DNA from: Hemiscyllium ocellatum
Lineage: Eukaryota
Assembly: GCF_020745735.1 (NCBI RefSeq)
Contig: NC_083447.1
Location: 11,550,035-11,614,034, forward strand
Direction: 5' to 3'
Length of the DNA stretch: 64,000 nt
The number at the start of each line of letters is the position of its first letter. Position 1 is the first letter of the stretch. The position numbers and the translations under genes were made by a program. Shown here in pieces: positions 53,177 to 63,149 of the stretch. A model generated the notes under the pieces. The model was given only the letters and a program-made list of their open reading frames with translations. It had not been told where the DNA came from and made no database searches.

Positions 53177-53529
53177 CTGCACAGCAAAGAGGAGGAAACC
53201 ACCTTTAAACTTTCGAACACGAGAAAGCAGGAAAACAGGGTGTGGGAATGCAACACATCTCACACAGGAGACTCCTTTTAAAAAGATCTGTACATCGGAC
53301 ACGGCTGTCCTTGGACAGGACAGAACTTATAGGGCAGACTGTGAGAGGATGGTGGATTACCTTCCCTTAAAGACCAGCTAGGCATTTTGTTTGTACAACA
53401 ATTGATGGTAGTCTCACAGTCACCATTAATCCTGAATTTATTAACTCAGTGTTAATTTCATCGGTTACCATGGTGGGATTTGAACCTTTTGTCACCACAG
53501 CATTAACTCCAGAGCCTCTGGATTATTAT

Positions 53530-54012
53530 TAGATTGGATTAGATTCCCTACAGTGTGGAAACAGACTCTTTGGCCCAACCAGTCCACACCGACCCTCCGA
53601 ACAGTAAACCCATCCAGACCCATTTCCCTCTGACTAATGCACCGAACACTATGGGCAATTTAGCATGACCAATTCACCTAACCTGCAGATTTAGATTAGA
53701 TTAGATTATTTACAGTGCGGAAACAGGCCCTTCAGCCCAACAAGTCCACACCGACCCTTCAAAGAGCAACCCACCCAGACCCATTCCCCTAGATTTACCC
53801 CTTCACCTTACACTGTAGGCAATTTAGCATGGCCAATCCACCCTAACCTGCACATCTTTGGACTGTGGGAGGAAACTGGAGCATCCAGAGGAAACCCATG
53901 CAGACACGGGGAGAACGTGCAAACTTCACACAGCCAGTCGCCCGAGGCTGGAATCAAACCTGGGACCCTGGTGTTGGGAGGCAGCTGTGCTAACCACTGA
54001 GCCACCGTGCCG
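53530..54012 (-). mobile_element. HE1-like V-SINE plus an adjacent SINE 3' half
   Basis: Two (tctaa)n tails at 53530 and 53691; head ends at ccaccgtgccg. Confidence 0.85.
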
Positions 54013-54850
54013 TCCTATTATTCTAGTGGCATGACCACCACTACACCAATGGCGAGTGCTGGGGTCGCAGCCCCCAGGAGTGGGGGATACCCAAGGTATG
54101 CCTAGGAGCTGATAAGAGAACCTTGGTAAATAACAAAGCAGACTTCAAAACACCAAACTCAAGAAGCATATTGAGCACTGGTGAAAAAAAGACACACTTT
54201 GTCAATGCAATGTCTCTTACATTCATCAGGACAATTCACAAGAATACCAACATTTAAACTGCATGAGAGGAGAGTACTGATTGGCTGGCAACTGAAGTCC
54301 TAAACTGATTCTGCATTTAAACAATATTTGCTGGACGTGTGAAGAATTACAATGGCATCCAATTGAGAATGGTCAGTTGGGCTTGCAATGTGTTGTATTT
54401 GCTTACAATAGAAGCTGTGTATACTAATACGGAGGGCTCTGTTCTCCCCTGACAAAGAACAGGTGCACACATTGGGCTTGTCGCAACAAAACAGGGGTCA
54501 ACAATTGGCTAGTTCATTTCTCAGGGCAATGTCCTGACCAATCAGGATTAACACATTTGATTCAAAATCTGTCTCTACCAATCAACACCCTCCTCTCATG
54601 CAGCATAAATGTTGGTCTTCCCCTTTAGTGGTATTCTTGAAGTTTCACCAAAATGGGCCTTTTTTTCCACCCCAGCAATAGTCAAGCTCTTCACTCACAA
54701 AGGAAAAAGGGACAATCACACACTCCATCGCTCCATTATCCAAGTCATTGTAAAGTCTGCTCTGGGATACAGAAAGGACTGGGTTCAAATCGAACCAAAA
54801 GAATTCTACGAGATCCTGGATGCCATTCATTCTGTTCCTTCAACAAGGAC

Positions 54851-55118
54851 CGGTGGCTCAGTGGTTAGCACTGCTGCCTCACAGCACCAGGGTCCCAGGT
54901 TCGATTCCAGCCTCGGGAGACTGTCTGTGTGCAGTTTGCACATTCTCCCTGTGTCTGCGTGGGTTTCCTCCCACAGTGTGGGTCAGGTAAATTGGCCATG
55001 CTAAATTGCCCGTAGTGTTAGTCAGAGGGAAATGGGTCTGGGTGGGTTACTCTTCGGAGGGTCGGTGTGGACTGGTTGGGCCGAAGGGCCTGTTTCCACA
55101 CTGTAGGGAATCTAATCT
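54851..55118 (+). mobile_element. HE1-like V-SINE
   Basis: A box tggctcagtgg, B box ggttcgattcc, tail aatctaatct. Confidence 0.85.
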
Positions 55119-56300
55119 AAAAAAAAGGAAAACAAAATGTTTTTAAATAAGGCAAAAGGAACCCCAGCACTACATGACAGATCAATCGTGAGGGACAGGA
55201 TGGGACGTGACTGGAGGATGGGAAGAATGGAGTTATTAGATTAAAAAGAAACATTTCCTACTGTAACAGAACAGAGTGAATGGGAAGGAAGATCACACTG
55301 AACGGTCCTCTCACTGCAGAGAAGCAAGCGCACTGGGCATCTCTCAGTAACTTCCCTTTTCCCATTTACCCCCTGGAAAAGAAATAAATACTCAATACTT
55401 TAAACCAAAGCTCAAAGACAAATGGAACTAAGGGCAAGGTAGACTCAGGTACACTGAAGACCAAACACGACTTGCACTGACATAGCACATTTAATGCAGC
55501 AAAAGTGTTTTGGACACAATGTGGCATTGAGCCACATTAGGGGATGTACAAGAGAGATGAGCAAAAGCTTGTTCAGAGAATTAATGTGGAATTTCTAGCT
55601 TAAGGCTGTCTTAGGTTCAGGGCTATTATAAACAGAAGAATGCTACTGTGATGAACAATGCCAACTGGTAAATGTATATCTGGGGTGAGGATCGGAGATG
55701 CAGTGGAACAATAGTTACTGCCTTACTAAAATGGTGCAGGTGTTAGCATTGACCTCACCCCTTTGTAGAAGGTGAGTTTAGGGATGATGTCATTTTATGT
55801 GTAGAAATGGTGTTCAGTTATTTTGGAAAACATGCCTTCATTGCTAACTTAGACCTGTTGACTTGTGCCAACTTAAATACTGTGGTCCAGTTGCATGTTT
55901 AATGGAGGATATTGATAAATGTTTCTAACTCTGTTTTTGTGCAAGTCCAAATACACCACTGTTCAGCTCAAATGCAGTAGGTATCAGTACTACATGACCA
56001 CCTCATGTGATAAGTGCTCCAAGATCCGAAAGCACATGAAAAAGGTGCTCAACAGAAGCTGTTGAGGATTAAATGTGAGGGGAGGAGTAGGTACAAGAGA
56101 TCTGGAAGTTGGTGGAGCACCAGGGCCCATCATTTCTCTTCCTTGGCTCTGACTGCAAGGACAGGGGCGGCATTCCAGGGGCTTTCTCAGTCACTGCACA
56201 TGGACAGGACAACAGAAACCCCTGCCCATTAGGCCATTGTTACTGTATGAATTACAGTCAATCCTCAAAAGTGCAATGCATACTCGGGCAATCACACTAC

Positions 56301-56483
56301 CTCTTCATTGAACAACTTGCTGGTTTCTTTCTTGATCGGATCCAGGTACTGGACTTGTCCTGCAGAGAAGCCAACTACAAGCGAGACACTGTCGGGCGTG
56401 GCAGTGAACTGGTTAAAATCGTGGCAGGTGGGTTGTGTCCCTTTGTAGATACGTTTGTCAATGGGTTTACTCAGATCTGCTGC
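56301..56483 (-). CDS. DMWD: DMWD/WDR20-family exon 2 (183 nt)
   Basis: AADLSKPIDKRIYKGTQPTCHDFNQFTATPDSVSLVVGFSAGQVQYLDPIKKETSKLFNEE; acceptor ttctccttag. Confidence 0.92.
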
Positions 56484-56939
56484 CTAAGGAGAACATAAGA
56501 GGTTCAGTTTTAGTCAGTGTGACTGTGGGTCTCAGTACTGCACTACAAGCAGCTAAAAATGTACAAGTCTTATCAAATGAAAGGCCCAAATTCCCACGGG
56601 GTGACAAAGCTGTGACTGTAAACGAGGAGCCAAACATTTGCTGAGGGTATAACGGAACACCTTTAATATTAATAAATGACCAGGCATTACATGTTAGGAA
56701 AGTAAGGAGGCCATTCAGCCCATTGATGTTGATCCATTATTCAATTTAATGATGTTTGTTCTCTTTCTTATCTTCCATCTACTTAGCTTTGGTTTCCATA
56801 GCTCCTTTTATAAAAATGTATCCACTCACAGGATGAGAGTATCACTTTAGTACCTATGCCCTTGAGAAGCAGGCTATGAGCCTTGTAAAACAAAAACACA
56901 TCAATCTCATTTGTTAAGTTTTCAACTGACTTCCTCATC

Positions 56940-57900
56940 AATGTCCCCATCAAACACTCCCAGGACAGGAGCACAGGTAGATAGAGAGTAAAGCTCTCTC
57001 TACACTGTCCGCATGAAACACTCCCAGGACAGGGTCAGCACAGGTAGATACAGAATAAAGCTCCCCCTACACCTTCCACAGGAAACACTCCCAGGACAGG
57101 GACAGAACAGGTAAATACAGAGTAAAGCTCCCCCTACACTGTCCACAGGAAACACTTCCAGGACAGGGACAGAACAGGGTTAGATACAGAGTAAAGCTCC
57201 CTCTACACTGTCTGCATGAAACATTCCCAGGACAGGGACAGCACGGGGTTAGACACATAGTAAAGCTTCCTCTACACTCTCCGCATGAAACACTCCCAGA
57301 ACAGGGACAGTACGGGGTTAGATACAGAGTAAAGCTCCCTCTACACTGTCCACATGAAACACTCTCAGGACAGGGACAGCACGGGGGTTAGACACATAGT
57401 AAAGCTTCCTCTACACTCTCCGCATGAAACACTCCCAGGACAGGGACAACACAGGGTTAGATACAGAGTAAATCTCCTTGAGCTTGCTTGTTTGAGAGGC
57501 GGGGGGTAGTGGGGGAGGTCCAGATTTCCATCACCCTCTGCTCTGACTGATGCGGAGGCTCTGCTCAGTCTGGCCATACAGAGGCTTCAGCCAAATACGA
57601 AAACCTTACCACAACCATGTGAGAGGTGAGAAACAGGAGGAGGAGGCCTTTCATATGCCTTTTCAGCCAGCTTTGTTACTAAATAAAATCATTACTGCTC
57701 TCCCCAGGATGGAGGCAGCATGAGACAGATACAGAATAAAACTCCCTCTCCACTTTTTATCAGAAAGTAAAGCTTCCTCTACACTGTCCTCATCAAATAC
57801 TCCCTGGGCTGTGACAGCATGGGGTTAGATACAGACTAAAGCTCCCTCTACACTGTCCCATCAAACACTCCAAGAACAAGGACGTCACAGGGTTAGTTAC
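56940..57900. repeat. ~67-70 bp minisatellite family (about 8 tandem copies plus a second block at 57720-57900)
   Basis: Unit gttagatacagagtaaagctccctctacactgtcc.catgaaacactcccaggacagggacagcacggg. Decayed inverted copies at ~59600-59760. Confidence 0.9.
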
Positions 57901-58014
57901 GGAATAATTTTTTTAAATAATTAGAATTCCTACAATGTGGAAACAGGCCATTTAGCCCAACAAGACCACACCGACCCTCCGAACAGTATTCCACCCAGAC
58001 CCGTTTCCCTACTG

Positions 58015-58700
58015 ACGTTTGGCAGGATGTTACTCATACCCCCCTATACATTAACAGCACAGAGGTGGAACAAGTGGAGAGTGTCAAGCTCCTGGGAGTG
58101 GTCATCCACAACAAGCTTTCTTGGGCTCTTCATGTGGACGCACTGGTTACAAAGGCCCAGCAATGTCTCAGGCAGCTGAGGAAATTTGGCATGACGGTGA
58201 ATACCCTTGCCAACTTTTATAGATGTGCCATCGAGAGCATTCTGTCTGGATGTATCACTACCTGGTATGGCAACTGTACCATTCAAGATCGGAGACGGTT
58301 ACAGAGAGTGATGAACTCGGCCCGGACAATCACAAAGGCCAACTTCCCCTCTGTAGAATCCATCTACCAGGCCTGCTGTCAAGGAAAGGCCGCCAGCATT
58401 CTCAAAGATCCATCCCACCCTGGCAATGTTTTTCTACAACCTCTACCATCGAGGAGAAGGTACAGAAACCTGAACGCACGCACCAGCCGGTTTCGAAACA
58501 GTTTCTACCCTACTGTTGTTAGATACTGAATGGACTCTCAAACTCTTAACATTCCCCTGTACCTGTGGTTTTTGTTTTTGCTGCTGTTTACCTATTATTT
58601 ACTTATGTATGCTACTTAACTCTGTGATCTGCCTGTATTGCTCGCAAGACAAAACTTTTCACTGTGCCTCAGTACACGTGACAATAAATTCAATTCAATT
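58015..58700 (+). mobile_element. Rex1/Babar-type LINE 3' end inserted in a minus-strand V-SINE (57920-58930)
   Basis: VEQVESVKLLGV..LSW..KAQQ.LRQLRKFG..FYRCAIESILSGCITTWYG..ILKDPSHPG..RFRNSFYP; tail aataaattcaattcaatt. Confidence 0.85.
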
Positions 58701-60244
58701 TATTTACCCGACTCATACCGTACACCCTATCTGTATGGTACAGATCTATACTGTACATCCCTGAACACTATGGGCAATTTAGCATGGCCAATTCTCCTAA
58801 CCTGCACATCTTTGGATTGTGGGAGGAAACCCACGCAGACATGGGGAGAATGTGCAAACTCCACACAGACAGTTGCTCAAAGCTGGAATTGAACGTTGGT
58901 GCTGTGAGGCAGCAGTGCTAACCACTGAGCTACCTCTTCTGTTGCCCAGAATCTCTCCTTGCAGCTTAAGCCCAAGAATCCAAGTATCTTTCTGACAAAT
59001 CCACAGTACACTCCCTACACATCCTTGGGGTTTGGTGTTCTGAACTGCTCAATGTAGACAGGGTGTGATCTCACCAGGATTTATATAACAAAAGTATTAA
59101 CTGATTCCCTTGTGTCCTAATCTTCCAGATATAAAGGACAGCTTTCTATTAGCCTTTTGGATTATTAGCACTATCTGTACGTATTATTAAAATGACATGA
59201 ACAAAGAGCCCCAAATCTCTCTTTGCCTCCACTATTTACAGCATTTCCCCATTTAGGAAGGCCGTTGTGATGATAAATTTAGTTGCCTTGTAAGGAGCTT
59301 GGCTAAACTCTTCATACCATTAGAATAAAGTTGCATCTCCCATAATCTTCAGTGATTGCAGCAGAGATAGAAGGGGAAAGGTTTAGGAAGCAAACAGGAA
59401 ACAAAGAAGACTCTTTCTAGACAGCCTGATAAAGCTAGTTATCACAGCATTTGTAGTCAGCAATAAATGAGGAGGCTGTCAATAAGTCCAGGCCCGACTG
59501 CTGAGATAAAACAGTGTGAACCAATAGCAGCATACAAGATGGAACACAGGCCAGTGCAGCGATGCAGAATTGAGCAGCTTTGCTATCTTGAGAGTGTTGA
59601 TGAGATGAATGTAAAAGGGAGCTTTACTCTGTGCTTAATTCCATAGCTAGACCTAATCTGAGAGTTTTGATGGGGACTAGGTGGAGGGAACTTTACTCTT
59701 TATCTAATCCCCGTATTTTACCTGTCTTGGAGAGTTTGAAGGGGCAGTGTAGACGAGCGTGGATCGATTTATAAATGCTGAGCTTGGTCCTCTTGACAAC
59801 TCGGTGAAACTGAGGACTGCAGATAGGGAGATCAGAGTCCAAAAGTGTGGTGCTGGAAAAGCACAGCCAGTCAGGCAGCATTTGAGGAGCAGGAGAGTCG
59901 ACGTTTTGAGCATAAGCTCTTAGATAGTGTGAGGTGCTGGAAAAAGCAGAACAGTTCAGGCAGGAGCAGGAGAGTTGTCGTTTCGGGCTTAACTCTTCAT
60001 CAGGATGCTGCCTGACCTGGTGAGCTTTTTCCAGTACCACACTCTGACGCTGTGTTCTTCCGTATTCTTTACTTCAAGCCATACTCTATACTGGTCTGTC
60101 TATTGCACACACACCCTTGACCATCAGATAACAGCTCTCCCCCCCGCCTTGCCACATGGGCCCCGCCATCTCCTAACCTCCCACTGCCCATGCCCTTCAG
60201 CTGCCGTGACTTAACATGGTCAGATCTTGCTCTGGGAACCTAAC

Positions 60245-60447
60245 TGAAAATGTGTTGCTGGAAAAGCGCAACAGGTCAGGCAGCATCCAAGGAGCAGGAG
60301 AATCGACGTTTCGGGCATGAGCCCTTCTTCAGGAAAAATGCCCGAAACGTCGATTCTCCTGCTCCTCGGATGCTGCCTGACCTGCTGCGCTTTTCCAGCA
60401 ACACATTTTCAGCTCTGATCTCCAGCATCTGCAGACCTCACCTTCTC
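60245..60447. mobile_element. Fold-back Penelope-pLTR mini-insertion (family A) with minus-strand hammerhead core and 13-bp TSD, in DMWD intron 1
   Basis: Minus strand CTGAAGA-A-GGGC-TCAT-GCCC-GAAA-C-GTC at 60332->60305. TSD ctgggaacctaac at 60232-60244 and 60448-60460. Confidence 0.85.
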
Positions 60448-60777
60448 CTGGGAACCTAACCCCCAAGCGCCCACCGATCAAACTCCAACATTTCGCCCAA
60501 AAGCCCTGAGGGAGTTGGGCTCTGACACTCCATGACCCCCCACCCCAGGGCCTTGCTCTGCCATCTACCCAACTCCCTCTACCCCTACCCACCCAAAGTT
60601 GACAAGAGTGGGCCAACACCCCACTATGACCCTCAACCCTTGACCTCTGCCGTCTGACCTCTGTTGGGGAACCTGGTTGTCACCGTGACCCCCCAGATGG
60701 GGGTGTCTCAGTAACCCCGGCCCAGTTTGAGGGAGGGGGGAAGGGGGGGTCAGTGGGAGTGGTCTCCCCGGCCTCAC

Positions 60778-61029
60778 CTTCCTGGGGCCCCGGTACAGGT
60801 AGAGGTAGAGTTCGCGGCCCACATTGAAGCAGATGCGGTCCCCGCTGCCGCTCTGGTCCCTCACGTTCACCATGGAGACCCGCACCGGGTTGGTGCCCTG
60901 GGTGGCGCTCAGGGGCACCCGGTTCGGGCGGCTGTACTCGGACAGGCTCAGCAGCTTGTAGGCTCCCTCCCGGGTCCGGAACTGCGACTTGATCTCGTTC
61001 AGCTCCTTCCCTCCGCCCTCCGCCGCCAT
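60778..61029 (-). CDS. DMWD: DMWD/WDR20-family exon 1 (84 codons)
   Basis: AAG-ATG-GCG start; MAAEGGGKELNEIKSQFRTREGAYKLL..SEYSRPNRVP..DRICFNVGRELYLYLYRGPRK|GTGAG. The four exons sum to 1767 nt (588 aa). DMWD rather than WDR20 is inferred from residues and neighbouring genes. Confidence 0.9.
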
Positions 61030-61039
61030 CTTCAGCCGG

Positions 61040-61980
61040 AACCGCGCCTCCGCCGACACCGCCCCCTCCCGGGGCCTCCGCCGACACCGCCCCCTCCCGG
61101 CCCCGGGACCTCCGCCGACACCGCCCCCTCCCGGGCCTCCGCCGACACCGCCCCCTCCCGGAACCGCGACTCCGCCGACACCGCCCCCTCCCGGCCCCGG
61201 GCCTCCGCCGACACCGCCCCCTCCCGGGCCTCCGCCGACACCGCCCCCTCCCGGCCCCGGGACCTCCGCCGACACCGCCCCCTCCCGGGCCTCCGCCGAC
61301 ACCGCCCCCTCCCGGAACCGCGACTCCGCCGACACCGCCCCCTCCCGGCCCCGGGCCTCCGCCGACACCGCCCCCTCCCGGGCCTCCGCCGACACCGCCC
61401 CCTCCCGGAACCGCGCCTCCGCCGACACCGCCCCCTCCCGGCCCCGGGACCTCCGCCGACACCGCGACTCCACTGACACCGCCCCCTCCCGGCCCCGGGC
61501 CTCCGCCGACACCGCCCCCTCCCGGAACCGCGACTCCGCCGACACCGCCCCCTCCCGGGCCTCCGCCGACACCGCCCCCTCCCAGCCCCGGGCCTCCGCC
61601 GACACCGCCCCCTCCCGGAACCGCGACTCCACCGACACCGCCCCCTCCCGGGCCTCCGCCGACACCGCCCCCTCCCGGCCCCGGGACCTCCGCCGACACC
61701 GCCCCCTCCCGGAACCGCGCCTCCGCCGACACCGCCCCCTCCTGCCCAGCCTCCGCCCCCTCCCGCCGGACCTCCGCCGACACCGCCCCCTCCTGGCCCG
61801 GCCTCCGCCGACACCGCCCCCTCCTGGCCCGGCCTCCGCCGACACCGCCCCCTCCTGGCCGGCCTGCGCCAGCGCCGCCCTCTCCTGGCCCGGCCTCCGC
61901 CAGCGCCGCCCCCTCCTGGCCCGGCCTCCGCCGACACCGCCCCCTCCTGCCCGGCCTGCGCCAGCGCCGCCCCTCCCTGG
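61040..61980. repeat. GC-rich modular minisatellite immediately upstream of the DMWD start codon
   Basis: 25-bp core ctccgccgacaccgccccctcccgg joined by variable linkers (gc, aaccgcg(a/c), ccccggg(a)c); about 30 units. Confidence 0.95.
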
Positions 61981-62214
61981 TCCTGATGCAGAGTTTGCTC
62001 CTGCTCCCCTCCCTCAGACACTGCTGTGAAAGTGAGAAACAGCTGCCAGTGGATTCAGGTCAGACCTGGATCAATGACCCCTCCCTCCAGGACAGACACT
62101 GAGAGTGGATTTAACTTGAAGTAGAAGTTTCAACAAATCAACAATATGACACTTGGGAAGAAAGTTTGTTGAGAGGTTTAATTTTGTTTGAGAAAATGTG
62201 TACATTACGACCAG

Positions 62215-62455
62215 TTTGGGATGATTTGGAGATGTCGGTGTTGGACTGGGGTGTACAAAGTTAAAAATCATACAACACCAGGTTATAGACCAACAGGTTT
62301 AATTGGAAGCACTAGCTTTCGGAGCGACGCTCCTTTATCAGGTGATAGTGACCTGGTTGTGACAATCACCTGATGAAGGAGCGTCGCTCCGAAAGCTAGT
62401 GCTTCCAATTAAACCTGTTGGTCTATAACCTGGTGTTGTGTGATTTTTAACTTTG
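62215..62455. mobile_element. Fold-back mini-insertion (family B) with two opposed hammerhead cores
   Basis: Plus: CAC-CTGATGA-A-GGAGC-GTC-GCTCC-GAAA-G-CTA-GTG at 62367-62401. The minus-strand copy ending at 62341 has CTGATAA. Confidence 0.85.
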
Positions 62456-62538
62456 GGATGTGCTTTATACACTCATCGATACTGGCTGGGCCAGTCCCTC
62501 GTTGCCCCTTGAGAAGGTGGGGGTGAGCCCATCAAATC

Positions 62539-63149
62539 TGTGACATTTGTTGTCACTTCAAGAGATGCTTTGACCAGTTTCTTTTGGAGAGAAGCTGTAA
62601 GGCAGAGGTATAGAGCTGTCTTTAACAAAGTAGACAATTTGTGAGGCCTTGAGTTCTTTTTAAAAAAAAAAGTTGGAACCAGAGGCAGCCTGCGTATGGC
62701 CAGCTCTCAGACCAGGGCTTTTAGGTTTTGTTTTACACCTTTAGGGTATCAGAATTGGAAGTTTCAGTGAAAGTGTCCTAGCTGCTATTCTTTCCGAATC
62801 TACTCTTGGAGCACCTTTCCTCCTGGATTGGAGAACTGCATGTGAGAAGCTGTGTCTGAACGTGCCTTTTTGCCAAGGGAGGAGTTTATGGGTTGTTACT
62901 GTACCAGAACAGTTAATTAGTAATAGGTACTGTATCTAATATTCTGTTAAGTGTTCCAATAAAGTTATTCAAAATTTTGTTTGTATTTTAACCACAGCGT
63001 TTATATAAAGCGTGCTTTGCTTAACATCGAGTAGTTTAACCAGTCACATCTGGAACAGGGCACTTCACGTCTACTTTAAAATAAGAAAAAGTTAGGGTCT
63101 AGGTGACCTTCTTAAAACATATTGAGGGAATCCAGTCTGGTTCATAACA
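62539..63149 (+). mobile_element. Solo LTR (611 bp) with 4-bp TSD
   Basis: Begins TGTGAC and ends ATAACA; flanked by AATC at 62535-62538 and 63150-63153; AATAAA at 62958-62963. Cleanly interrupts a repeat seen uninterrupted at ~17150-17200. Confidence 0.75.

Noticed and set aside
51882-53281. Antisense and alternate-frame ORFs over DMWD exon 3
   Set aside because: Expected shadows of a GC3-rich coding exon.
51617-53302. 561-aa ORF as a complete intronless gene or retrocopy
   Set aside because: Similarity begins at a splice acceptor (53176) and ends at a donor (51899); exons 1, 2 and 4 are present elsewhere in the window.
60565-62029. 330-430 aa Gly/Arg/Pro ORFs on both strands
   Set aside because: Translations of the GC minisatellite; only 60778-61029 matches a known protein.
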